The notes beneath the pieces are model-generated. The model searched no databases. It saw only the letters and a list, made by a program, of their open reading frames with translations, and was not told the DNA's origin. A stretch of DNA of 64,000 nt from an uncultured Candidatus Saccharibacteria bacterium (GTDB lineage Bacteria > Patescibacteriota > Minisyncoccia > Phycocordibacterales > SW-6-46-9), in NCBI GenBank assembly GCA_964534365.1, contig CAZHOI010000002.1:8138-72137 (forward strand). The letters run 5' to 3'. Both the position numbers and the translations under genes were made by a program. The stretch's first letter is position 1; each line of letters opens with the position of its first letter. This document shows positions 50,645-59,962 of the stretch, in pieces.

Positions 50645-50845
50645 ATGGCTCAGAAAACTAATAAATCATACAGCAAAAGGGTCAAGGTGACTGGTTCTGG
50701 TAAATTGGTTACGCGAACCCCTGGCAAGAACCATTATAATGCCAAGACCACTCGTGGTGATTTACAATCCAAAAAAGGCACTTCCGAAGCAAACCTGCCC
50801 AATAAAGTAATTATTAACAATCTGCCACACGCCAAAACAAAATAA
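50645..50845 (+). CDS. rpmI: 50S ribosomal protein L35 (start at internal Met of the listed ORF)
   Basis: MAQKTNKSYSKRVKVTGSGKLVTR..GKNHYNAKTT basic L35 pattern; infC-rpmI-rplT synteny. Confidence 0.7.
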   Translation: MAQKTNKSYSKRVKVTGSGKLVTRTPGKNHYNAKTTRGDLQSKKGTSEANLPNKVIINNLPHAKTK

Positions 50846-50874
50846 AAAGCTTTTAGCGACTATATTTCGTTTGA

Positions 50875-50974
50875 CCCCTCACTTGAGGATCGAGTTTACT
50901 TGAATAAAATTAGCAAATAAAGTATTGTTTTTCTATCTTAATTTAGTATTAATAACAAATTTTCAAGTGAGGGG
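50875..50974 (+). promoter_or_regulatory. Long-range 12-bp perfect inverted repeat CCCCTCACTTGA...(76 nt)...TCAAGTGAGGGG in the rpmI-rplT intergenic region
   Basis: Seen in the sequence; the arm motif resembles the hairpin at 303-335. Confidence 0.45.
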
Positions 50975-51021
50975 TAATGATTTTCTAAATTCATTGTCAT
51001 TCATTAATAAAAATCAATTAT

Positions 51022-51372
51022 ATGCCACGAGTTAAACGAGGAACCCTAAAAAACAAAAAACGTCGCGCTACCCTGCAACAAACCAAGGGGTATCGATTTG
51101 GACGTAAAGCTAAAAAGCGCGAAGCCTACGAGGCTATTAATCATGCTGGTAATCATGCCTTTGCCCACCGTAGACGTCGCAAGGGAGTAATTCGGCGCGA
51201 TTGGCAAGTAGCCATTTCGGCAGGGTTAGGCAGAATCGAATCTGGCTTGTCTTACAGCAAATTCATCAACGCCCTTAACCAAAAAAACATTGAATTGGAT
51301 CGAAAGATATTAGCAGATTTAGCTAAAAATGACGAGTCGTCTTTCAAAGCTGTGGTTGAGACCGCTCGGTAA
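51022..51372 (+). CDS. rplT: 50S ribosomal protein L20
   Basis: MPRVKRG...[11 protein letters not shown]... conserved L20 sequence. Confidence 0.92.
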   Translation: MPRVKRGTLKNKKRRATLQQTKGYRFGRKAKKREAYEAINHAGNHAFAHRRRRKGVIRRDWQVAISAGLGRIESGLSYSKFINALNQKNIELDRKILADLAKNDESSFKAVVETAR

Positions 51373-51416
51373 TAGTTTAGTCTGGGTATGTCGCCGCTTA
51401 ACTAGCGGTTTTTTTA

Positions 51417-52790
51417 TTATAATTCAAGCACTTGTTTCAATTCAGGCGTCAGAACCTGGGCTTTGATTTCATCACTATTAATCAACAGGTTTGAAAATTC
51501 CAGGGCGGTTTTAGGCTCGGACAAAACTACGGCAATAAATTTGGTTCCGTAATCAGCGGCAGTTTTGGCAAATTCATATAAATTTTGTTGGTCTTTGTGT
51601 GAAGAATAGGACAACAAACTCTCGACCGCGGCTCGGACCTTGATTCGGCGCCCTTTGATACGAACCTGTTTATTACCTTCCAACATTTGTCGCCCTACCG
51701 TTCCTGGCGCTTGGTAGCCGATGAATAAAATAGTGGTATCAGTCTGATCCAAATATTCCAATTCATGAAATAGCACGCGCCCAGCGTGGGACATACCCGA
51801 GCCGGCGATTATTATTTTTGGACCCCCCACCCCTTTGATTGCCTGTGACTCTTGTTTGGTTTTAGTAATTTCCAGACCGGGAAAATCAAAAATGTTATCA
51901 CCACTGTTAATGTCAGACTGAACGGAATCTTTGAAATATTTGCTAGAACGGCGATAAATTTCTAACACTTTGATTGCCAGTGGTGAATCCAAAAATACTG
52001 GGATCGAGGGTAATTGTCCGGATTCAACCAATTCGTTTAATTCATACAGCAGCATCTGGGTACGTTCCAGCGAGAACGCGGGAATAATAATTGCACCTCC
52101 ACGATCGATGGCGCGCTGTAGGATTTCATTTAATTTTTGCTGCCGAACAGCAGTATCATCATGATTGCGATTGCCATACACGGCTTCCATAATTAAATAT
52201 TCTGAATCAGTGATTGATTCGGTATTACGCAATAGAACTGATGGTGAATTACCTAGATCCCCGGTAAAAGTCACCACATTATCGGGGGTGGTTATTTTGG
52301 CCATAGCCGAGCCCAGAATATGACCGGCATCAAAGTATTCAACCGTAGTTAGCTGATCGGATAATTTAAACGGACTATGATATTCAAAAGTTTTCCATTT
52401 GCTAAAGGCCGATTGTAAATGCGAATCATCCCACAATGGCTCGACCTCCATGCGTTTGGCATCGTGGCGCATAATCTGCAAACCATCAGCCAACATCACT
52501 TGGGCTAAATCTTTGGTTGCCTGGGTGGAATAAATCTGGCCTTTGAACCCTTCGGCAATTAATTTACCGATTAAACCAATATGATCCATATGCGCATGGG
52601 TCACAATTAAATCACCAACGGCACTAGGGTCATAGGCAAAAGGTTGCCAATTACGGCGTTCTAATTCGTCAGAACCCTGTGTCAACCCACAATCAATTAG
52701 CATTTGGTGACCAGCGGCGGTTTGCAGCATAAAATTCGACCCAGTAACTGCATCCGCACCTCCGTAAAATTTAATTTGATCAGTGGTCAT
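51417..52790 (-). CDS. MBL-fold beta-CASP family hydrolase (RNA-metabolising metallo-beta-lactamase, RNase J/CPSF-like)
   Basis: HxHxDH motif VTHAHMDHIG; beta-CASP-like middle domain; about 457 aa. Confidence 0.65.
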   Translation of the reverse strand: MTTDQIKFYGGADAVTGSNFMLQTAAGHQMLIDCGLTQGSDELERRNWQPFAYDPSAVGDLIVTHAHMDHIGLIGKLIAEGFKGQIYSTQATKDLAQVMLADGLQIMRHDAKRMEVEPLWDDSHLQSAFSKWKTFEYHSPFKLSDQLTTVEYFDAGHILGSAMAKITTPDNVVTFTGDLGNSPSVLLRNTESITDSEYLIMEAVYGNRNHDDTAVRQQKLNEILQRAIDRGGAIIIPAFSLERTQMLLYELNELVESGQLPSIPVFLDSPLAIKVLEIYRRSSKYFKDSVQSDINSGDNIFDFPGLEITKTKQESQAIKGVGGPKIIIAGSGMSHAGRVLFHELEYLDQTDTTILFIGYQAPGTVGRQMLEGNKQVRIKGRRIKVRAAVESLLSYSSHKDQQNLYEFAKTAADYGTKFIAVVLSEPKTALEFSNLLINSDEIKAQVLTPELKQVLEL

Positions 52791-52850
52791 TCAATAGTCA
52801 TTCTATCATCGATTCATCCGTTATTAATTTATCTATTATTGATTTATTTA

Positions 52851-53267
52851 TCACTGATTTACTGATGGCTTCTTGGTTCGAAAATTTATTACCCCCACCA
52901 TGATCGCCCCAATGACAGCACCAATGAAATCTGCCAGCAGATCAGTAATAGTATCTAGTTGCAGGGACGGATTTGGCTCGTGCAGTTTAAGGTAAAATTC
53001 CAGATACTCCCAACCAACACCAATAAATAATGACCACCAGATAATGTAGTAATAAAATATAAATGAATCAGTATTATTTGTTCTGAAATAGAGGATTAGC
53101 GAAATTAATAGCGCCGAGATGAATCCCCCAATTAAATGCAGTGGTGTGTCCAACCAGTCATGAAAATAAAACAAATCATTTTGCAAAATATAAAAATAGC
53201 CTAACCATAGTCCATAGGTTAAAAGTATTAGCAAACTCCCGACAATAGCCTTTCGCATTAAGTTCAC
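52851..53267 (-). CDS. Polytopic membrane protein (hypothetical)
   Basis: 138 aa; four hydrophobic helices. Confidence 0.45.
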   Translation of the reverse strand: MNLMRKAIVGSLLILLTYGLWLGYFYILQNDLFYFHDWLDTPLHLIGGFISALLISLILYFRTNNTDSFIFYYYIIWWSLFIGVGWEYLEFYLKLHEPNPSLQLDTITDLLADFIGAVIGAIMVGVINFRTKKPSVNQ

Positions 53268-53474
53268 GTTGTGTCAAGTATATCTTATCAAGCTAGCAAT
53301 ACAAATTAAAAAGCCCACTTTGACAGTGAGCGTCTTGATGCTGCCGGCTCAAATCCTGATATATTCAGGTGGGTGCTCGCAGTTTGATATGCCCGAACAA
53401 ATCAAGCACATACCAAACGATGATAAAGCTCCCTAGAGAAAGATTGTTGGAAATGAATCTCCCGGCAGCTAATT

Positions 53475-53509
53475 AACTATAACTGATAACTATAACTATA
53501 ACTATAACA
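53475..53509. repeat. Hexanucleotide tandem repeat (ATAACT)n, about 5-6 units
   Basis: Seen in the sequence, between the ndk 3' end and the upstream region of the membrane-protein gene. Confidence 0.8.
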
Positions 53510-53698
53510 ATTGACAAATGACTTATGAAGGTTAAGTTAAATAGTGAAGAGACATAAAAGTTTGCTCTGAAATTCATGCCTTATTTTAAAATAGTTTTAC
53601 GATAAAGTTCGAGAAGGCAAAATCCTTATGCATGAGGCGTATACGTTATACGATGAGTGGATAAGAATTGCAGATGACAAAGAAATTTGAAGTAAAAA

Positions 53699-54307
53699 CT
53701 ATTCTAAAATGCCGTCGAGGTTTACGTCGTATAAAATCCTTTCTTGTACTAGGCGATAATCCAAGACCTTGTCTTCCGATAGCCACAAATCAATTTCGCG
53801 CTCGGCCTCGTCTGGAGCATCCGAACAATGAATCAAATTACGAACCGCGCGATCATCAATGGCAGCAATATTGTATGAATCCAACGTCAAGTCACCTCGG
53901 ATAGTACCAACATCTGATGTCGCTGGTTCGGTTCCCCCTACTAATTTCTTGACCACAGCAACAGCTTGATTACCCTCCAGCACCATTACTATAACTGGAC
54001 CTGCCGTCATAAACTGTACTAGAGCGCGAATAATGTCTTTACCAAATTCAGCGTCAGCTCGAGATTCATCGTATTCCTTACCCGCATTCTTTAAATCTTC
54101 CTTGATCCCCGCTCCTTTGCGTTCAAACCATTCATTGTCTTTGTCATAATGTTTCCACAATTTGTCACTGTCAAGCATCGCCATATTTAAATAGGCAATT
54201 TTTAGCCCAGCCCGTTCAAACCGGCCAATAATCTCTCCTATTAATGACCGCTGAACTCCATCTGGTTTTACAATTACAAAACTGCGTTCCTTTTTTACGT
54301 GTTGCAT
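53699..54307 (-). CDS. ndk: Nucleoside diphosphate kinase with an about 50-aa internal insertion
   Basis: FVIVKPDGV..., ...NLIHCSDAPDEA (NxxH[G/C]SD active-site His); 202 aa versus the typical about 140. Confidence 0.8.
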   Translation of the reverse strand: MQHVKKERSFVIVKPDGVQRSLIGEIIGRFERAGLKIAYLNMAMLDSDKLWKHYDKDNEWFERKGAGIKEDLKNAGKEYDESRADAEFGKDIIRALVQFMTAGPVIVMVLEGNQAVAVVKKLVGGTEPATSDVGTIRGDLTLDSYNIAAIDDRAVRNLIHCSDAPDEAEREIDLWLSEDKVLDYRLVQERILYDVNLDGILE

Positions 54308-54357
54308 ATGACTGTGCAGTATAACAACGTTGCTGTATTAAATCTAATTTGCCTGTT

Positions 54358-55767
54358 CTATCGTTTAACTGCACTGGTAGCCAAACCATTGAAATTTGTC
54401 GAGTTTCGACTAATTGCGCGGGCCCGTCCATATGAATTTTGCTGTTTCATCATCGACCACGGGGAAGCAGTCCTGATTTTTGATTCCCCTTTTAGAACCG
54501 CTTGTTGATACTGTTTCATGGCAATAACATCCTTGAGAGCGGTTTGATTTTCGCTATCGCCAGCAGAATTAGCCATCAATGATTCTTCCAGCCGCAAGAG
54601 CAAGGCGGCATAATCTTTATTTGGTTGCATTAACTTATCATTTCGCTCCAGAACTTCATTGACAGTATAGTAAACCAATTGGGGGTCATAATTGCCGGAT
54701 GATAATTCATGGCTAAGAGTATCAATTTCAGACCTCGAAGCTGATTGCGACATAAACAGTTTCGCCAAATCAGCCGCCTGACGCACGGTCATTTTTTCGA
54801 ACTCAGATACTGGGCGCTCGTTGGTACTAGCAGAAACAGGATCTACAGTGGCCTCGTGATTGTTTGCAGACTTGTTTTCTTTATATGAAGTAGATTTGTC
54901 ATCGGCGGAAACTTCTGTTTCTGAACTCGAGCCACCTTCTTCTGCCACATCCCCTTCAACTACTAAATTAGGTTTTTCCTTATTGTAATCAGTTACTAAA
55001 TCATCAATCAATTCAACATCGGGCTTGTTTGTCTCTGGCTCAACTTCTTGTCTTGAGGTTTCCTCCATCAACTTGCCCTCATTCGAGTTTTTTTCCGATT
55101 GGGGATTGCGCAATCCTTTACTATCTTGATAACTTTGTTGATATCTAGCGCGGCGTTTGTCTTCGGCTGTTTTGCCATCTAGTTTATCCATCAATAATTG
55201 AGTCAAATTAGTCAACTTGTCCAACCCTTCCTTTACTGTTTCTAACCCATCCTCTAGTGATTTCAGTTTTTCAATTGCCATCGCTGTCATCTCTTCATCG
55301 GATTCATCAGAAACCGCTAAATCCTCGGCTAAACTAGCCTCGGCTTCGCCAAGGTCAGTTTTTTGTTCTGAATTGGACCATCGATCTCTAATCCCCTTTA
55401 AAAACCGAGCCTTTTTACTACGTTGCTCAATCGCCTTTTGTTTCAGTGCCTGCGCCTCAACATCCTCAGAATCATCGGGCAATAATCCCGCTTCTCTTAA
55501 AAGCTCTACATCCTTATCATCAAGCTTGCTTTGATATTCTAAAAACAGTTTACCATCAGGCATTGATAGATTGTTTAAAATAGCATCAGCATTATTCTGT
55601 GCTGCCTGAGTTTCCTGAGTTGCCTGAGTCGCCTCGGCTGCCTCGACTGATAAACCTGCGGAGAGGTTAGAATTTTCAATTGCTGAGGTTGCTAAATCAG
55701 AATCCACGATACTATCGCGATTAGTTTGGTCGTCCCCAGAAGTTAAATTATGTTCAAATGATGACAT
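54358..55767 (-). CDS. Acidic, coiled-coil-rich cytoplasmic protein (hypothetical), operon member
   Basis: 469 aa; no TM; Glu/Asp/Ser-rich; 2-bp gap to the next gene. Confidence 0.5.
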   Translation of the reverse strand: MSSFEHNLTSGDDQTNRDSIVDSDLATSAIENSNLSAGLSVEAAEATQATQETQAAQNNADAILNNLSMPDGKLFLEYQSKLDDKDVELLREAGLLPDDSEDVEAQALKQKAIEQRSKKARFLKGIRDRWSNSEQKTDLGEAEASLAEDLAVSDESDEEMTAMAIEKLKSLEDGLETVKEGLDKLTNLTQLLMDKLDGKTAEDKRRARYQQSYQDSKGLRNPQSEKNSNEGKLMEETSRQEVEPETNKPDVELIDDLVTDYNKEKPNLVVEGDVAEEGGSSSETEVSADDKSTSYKENKSANNHEATVDPVSASTNERPVSEFEKMTVRQAADLAKLFMSQSASRSEIDTLSHELSSGNYDPQLVYYTVNEVLERNDKLMQPNKDYAALLLRLEESLMANSAGDSENQTALKDVIAMKQYQQAVLKGESKIRTASPWSMMKQQNSYGRARAISRNSTNFNGLATSAVKR

Positions 55768-55768
55768 A

Positions 55769-56062
55769 TTAAATATTTAGCTTTTTACGCAACTCGGCCA
55801 AACGCTCTTCATCAGACATCGGTAAGTTGGAGGCATCACTGGATTTAGCTGATGGAGTGGGTGAAGTAGCTGGGGCAGCATCCAAATTATTAGACGGAAT
55901 CGAATCGGGCTTTTCGGAATTTTGTCGGTAGGCGGCAATTTTGGCGATCAATTCATCGTATTCAGCCATTAATTTTTGATACTGTTGCTTGTCCTCATCG
56001 GTAAGTGAACTCATGTAAAAAGTATAACAGACAAGTCGCTGGAAGTAGGTGTGGATTATCAA
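55769..56062 (-). CDS. Small coiled-coil protein (hypothetical), operon member
   Basis: 97 aa; tight spacing. Confidence 0.4.
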   Translation of the reverse strand: MIIHTYFQRLVCYTFYMSSLTDEDKQQYQKLMAEYDELIAKIAAYRQNSEKPDSIPSNNLDAAPATSPTPSAKSSDASNLPMSDEERLAELRKKLNI

Positions 56063-56068
56063 AATTTT

Positions 56069-58948
56069 TTAGAAAAATGGCGAGGCGGCGAATGGGTCTG
56101 GGCCGGCGGCTTTCTTTTCGTAGCGTTTCTTTATCTCGGCCTCGACTTCTGATCGAGGTCGACCGAATTTAAGATATGACAATTCTTTTAATGCATCCAA
56201 ATGTTCAGTAGAACCTTCTGGGGGTGGCAGGGTTGCCATCGAAAACGGCTTGACCGGGGTTCCCACTGCCAACATCTTCATATAAGCGTTCCAGTTGGGA
56301 ATGTTGGCAATGTCTCGTTGCGAGAATATTGGACCCAACATCTTTTCAAACACTTCGGCATCTTCGGTAGAGACACGAAATACGGCCATTGATCCGACGT
56401 TACCGAATACCGCATTACGAATTGATTCCTCTAGCTGTTTAATGTATTGGTGCGCTGCAATTAGTCCCAGATTATATTTTCTAGCTTCGGAGAGTATGAC
56501 TGCAATCGAATCAGTAGTAACGTTCTGAAATTCGTCAATATATAAATAAAACGGTGGCAAGTCCTGACCAAATGAATCTACCCGCGACATCGCTGCCATG
56601 GTGATCTTGCCCACAATTATTAGTCCTAATAAATTCGAGTTGATATCCCCTAACCGCCCTTTAGCCAAATTTACCAGCAAAATCTTGCGATCATCCATGA
56701 TCTCGCGGAATTTTAGGCTGGACTGTTCTTGGGCAATGATTGGACGCATATAATCATTGGACAGAAAGCCATCAAATTTCGAGGTAATATACGGCACAAT
56801 ATTTTCAAGTGATGCCTCACCACCAGCTTTTCCTGCAATTTCGTTCCAAAATTGATTGACGATAAAATTATTAGATTTGGCTAATTTGTCCTTGCGAAAT
56901 TGTTCATCGGCTAATACTCGCGATATATCTAGCAAAGTATTACCTGATGCCGGGTCTTCCATTACCAAACCGGTCGCATTACGAAAATACTGTTCAAACA
57001 TCGGCCCGCCAGCAGTTTTCATGTCGAATAATTTGTTGAAAATCCCTAGCAGCTCGTTAATAACAAATGTTTTCTGTTCCGGAAAGAGCTCGTCATATTC
57101 CAGCATATTCAACGCCATCGGCCGGGCCAAATGCGATGGATCAAAATAAATGACATCTTCGTATCTGTGGGGTGGGATATTAGATAAAATATATTGCACA
57201 TCTGATCCATGTGGGTCGATAAAACAACAACCCTCACCTGCCTGGATATCTTGCAAAATCATGTTGGTTAACATCACCGATTTACCGGTACCAGTTTGTC
57301 CAATCACATACATATGCCTAACTCGATCCTTTGGGGTCATGTGGATGTCCAACTCCGTGCCGCGATGTTTGTTGACGCCCAATAGAATTCCATCTTTTGG
57401 CATATCAATGGGTGCCGGTGCGGTAACTGATCGTTGTTCTTTGATCTCGCGCGCCCCTTCTAATGATCTAACCGGAAAATGATATAGGGTTGATAGTTCA
57501 GTTAAATTCAGTGGCATCGCCTGTTTATCATTAAATAACCGAAATGAATACTGATGCAGAAATTCATCCAACCGGCGATCATTAACGTCCCGAAACGCGA
57601 TTTCATTACCCAGCGGATTTTCGAATTGACGAAAGGCTGATTTTAGAATGGTTAATAGCTCACCCGCGCGGTGTCTGGTGGGGGCTGATACCACAATTCG
57701 AATATTGACATGACTCAATGGCGAGGCAATTTTTTTCTGCAGAGCCTCGATTGAAGCTTGTCGGCGCGCCTGGGCTTCGGTAGTTTCGTCTTTACTATCA
57801 TCTTTGTCAGGATCGGAAATTACGTCTTTGATGACGTCTTTGCCCACCTTCCAGAATTCGCGCACCAGTGACGTATTGATCGCATCTTTAATGTCCTCAC
57901 CGCGCTCGATCTGTTTCATCGCATGTTCATAAGACTTACGTTGACTCTCTGGCGCCTCGCGGAATATCACCTGAATAGCACAGCCTTCACCTACTTCGGC
58001 CAGTTTTGAAAACGCATTTAAAATAACCGACAGTGGATCGTGGTCAAATTCATCATAGGTTTTTAGAGGGAAAGCAGCCTCGTCATCAACCTGGGCGGTT
58101 GACCCCACTGTTACACCCTCGTCGTTGAAGACATTGTAGTCATTTTTGACCACTTCGATTCTGGCATTGGTAAAAATCGACTGGACCTGGCGTTCAAATA
58201 ATCCCCGCCGGGCATCCGGTACTGCACAGTAAAATGATATCTCTTCGCCGACGTGTGATACGGCAATTTCAAATGAAAAGTATTCTCGAATTCGACCTTT
58301 GTCTGAACCGTGTGGCAGTAGTCCCGCAAATACTTGCTCCATTGACGACACCAAATTTTTAAGCTCTTTCTTATCAGACTCATCATTGGCTGGTGGCAAT
58401 ACTACCTCATATAATGTCATGTGCAGGGCGCGATACAATGGCATCGAATCTTTTAGTCCCTGAATTTGATAACCGCCTTTTAAATATTGCACCAAAAATC
58501 GATGGAAGTCGTCCTCGACATGAGGGTTGTCTAATTGATCAACCACCGACAGAGCGTTTTTGATTCCCCGCTGTTGCATCACCTTAACCAGCTCGGCCAT
58601 TTGCCAATCGTGTTCTTCGGGTTCCAACTCGAGCCCTAATTGCCTAATCTCTTGCTCGCTAGTTTGATAGTCATTATGCAATACATTTTCAGCCGGCGAT
58701 GCCTGATACTCGCGTGTTACCGCTGCGGCGGCCTCATTACCCCTTTCATGTGCTGCCGTAGGGCCAGATCGTTCGTAATTACCCTGTTGCAACTGAGCCT
58801 CGCGTTCGGCAATTTGTTGGCGCAAATACGCCACCTCTTCCTCGGGAGTCGAGAATTTCGGTTGTTCGCTGGCACTTGATTGCGCGGTTTTTTCGATACC
58901 CAAATCGGACCTAATCGAATCCAATGAACTACTTTGATGCAATGCCAT
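56069..58948 (-). CDS. Large P-loop ATPase of the VirB4/VirD4(TraG)/HerA-FtsK superfamily (AAA_10/DUF87-like) with about 530-aa N-terminal non-ATPase region
   Basis: Walker A VIGQTGTGKSVML followed by FIDPHGSD; Walker B PFYLYIDEFQNV; ARKYNLGLIAAHQ (RK..G...Q motif). Confidence 0.7.
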   Translation of the reverse strand: MALHQSSSLDSIRSDLGIEKTAQSSASEQPKFSTPEEEVAYLRQQIAEREAQLQQGNYERSGPTAAHERGNEAAAAVTREYQASPAENVLHNDYQTSEQEIRQLGLELEPEEHDWQMAELVKVMQQRGIKNALSVVDQLDNPHVEDDFHRFLVQYLKGGYQIQGLKDSMPLYRALHMTLYEVVLPPANDESDKKELKNLVSSMEQVFAGLLPHGSDKGRIREYFSFEIAVSHVGEEISFYCAVPDARRGLFERQVQSIFTNARIEVVKNDYNVFNDEGVTVGSTAQVDDEAAFPLKTYDEFDHDPLSVILNAFSKLAEVGEGCAIQVIFREAPESQRKSYEHAMKQIERGEDIKDAINTSLVREFWKVGKDVIKDVISDPDKDDSKDETTEAQARRQASIEALQKKIASPLSHVNIRIVVSAPTRHRAGELLTILKSAFRQFENPLGNEIAFRDVNDRRLDEFLHQYSFRLFNDKQAMPLNLTELSTLYHFPVRSLEGAREIKEQRSVTAPAPIDMPKDGILLGVNKHRGTELDIHMTPKDRVRHMYVIGQTGTGKSVMLTNMILQDIQAGEGCCFIDPHGSDVQYILSNIPPHRYEDVIYFDPSHLARPMALNMLEYDELFPEQKTFVINELLGIFNKLFDMKTAGGPMFEQYFRNATGLVMEDPASGNTLLDISRVLADEQFRKDKLAKSNNFIVNQFWNEIAGKAGGEASLENIVPYITSKFDGFLSNDYMRPIIAQEQSSLKFREIMDDRKILLVNLAKGRLGDINSNLLGLIIVGKITMAAMSRVDSFGQDLPPFYLYIDEFQNVTTDSIAVILSEARKYNLGLIAAHQYIKQLEESIRNAVFGNVGSMAVFRVSTEDAEVFEKMLGPIFSQRDIANIPNWNAYMKMLAVGTPVKPFSMATLPPPEGSTEHLDALKELSYLKFGRPRSEVEAEIKKRYEKKAAGPDPFAASPFF

Positions 58949-58971
58949 TAGGTACTAGTGTAGCAGACCTC

Positions 58972-59946
58972 CTAATTCAGAGAAGAGGTATTAATTAAAT
59001 CAATTATCTGCCTACGGTAATTAACAGCATTAACAGGATCAAAATCTGATCCAGATTCGTCTATAAGCCATTTTTGAACCAGTCCATATTCTAGCTGGTG
59101 ATCTCTGCGTAATGCTTCAGGATTATTTAAATAGTCCTTAACTATATCCGCATACCATTCAGTCAAAGCCATCAGTTTATCTAGACTTTTGTCATCACTA
59201 AATTCTTCTCTTACTCTTTCACTATATTCGCTCCTGTAACGATTAGGTTGCTGGTAAACTATTAACGCTTCATTAAGAAAAGCGACTCGTTGCTCATAAG
59301 TTAGATATCGCGCACCGTTCCAATCAGTTTTATGGCCTAATTCGTGTGCAATAGTTTGAAATATCGTTTCAGCCTTTGTAACACCTTTTGTATTATAGTC
59401 ATTTATTAATTCATTCATAGGAACAGAAATTACGATCGAATCTGCTGATAAAGTAACCCTACCATATTCGAACTGATAGCTATCGGGGCCAGTTATCTCA
59501 ATACTAGATTCGATATAAGCTATAACATCAATATTGCCATTCACGACTGATTCAGGTAAAGAGGAAGAGCCGATTAAGTTTTGTACTAACTTTTTATTAA
59601 TGCCAATTCTTTCAAACCCTTGTATTTCTGGTTCTTCTGGAAATTTTTCCTTTGTGTCCTCAACTCTTTCAACCTCCGAACTAATGTAGCCAAGAGTTAA
59701 AATTGATCCCAAACGTCCTAAGCGTTCATTCATATTCTTACTATAAAACTGAGTCTGTTCTTCCGTTAATTGAGCCCCTGCATGATCTTCATCGAAGCCC
59801 TCCATTGCTGCTTTGGTTGTTCCCTCACAGCCAGTTGCACCAATTGTCAACAACCCAAGTGCAAGTATACGCATACGATAAGAGACCGATTTGAAAAATT
59901 TTGGTATTTTACCTTCTTTAGTATTAGACTGATTGAAAACTTCCAT
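58972..59946 (-). CDS. Secreted lipoprotein with zincin HExxH metallopeptidase motif
   Basis: Signal/lipobox ...LLTIGATGCEG; TIAHELGHKTDWNG. Confidence 0.55.
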   Translation of the reverse strand: MEVFNQSNTKEGKIPKFFKSVSYRMRILALGLLTIGATGCEGTTKAAMEGFDEDHAGAQLTEEQTQFYSKNMNERLGRLGSILTLGYISSEVERVEDTKEKFPEEPEIQGFERIGINKKLVQNLIGSSSLPESVVNGNIDVIAYIESSIEITGPDSYQFEYGRVTLSADSIVISVPMNELINDYNTKGVTKAETIFQTIAHELGHKTDWNGARYLTYEQRVAFLNEALIVYQQPNRYRSEYSERVREEFSDDKSLDKLMALTEWYADIVKDYLNNPEALRRDHQLEYGLVQKWLIDESGSDFDPVNAVNYRRQIIDLINTSSLN

Positions 59947-59962
59947 AAAGTTAATTATTTGC

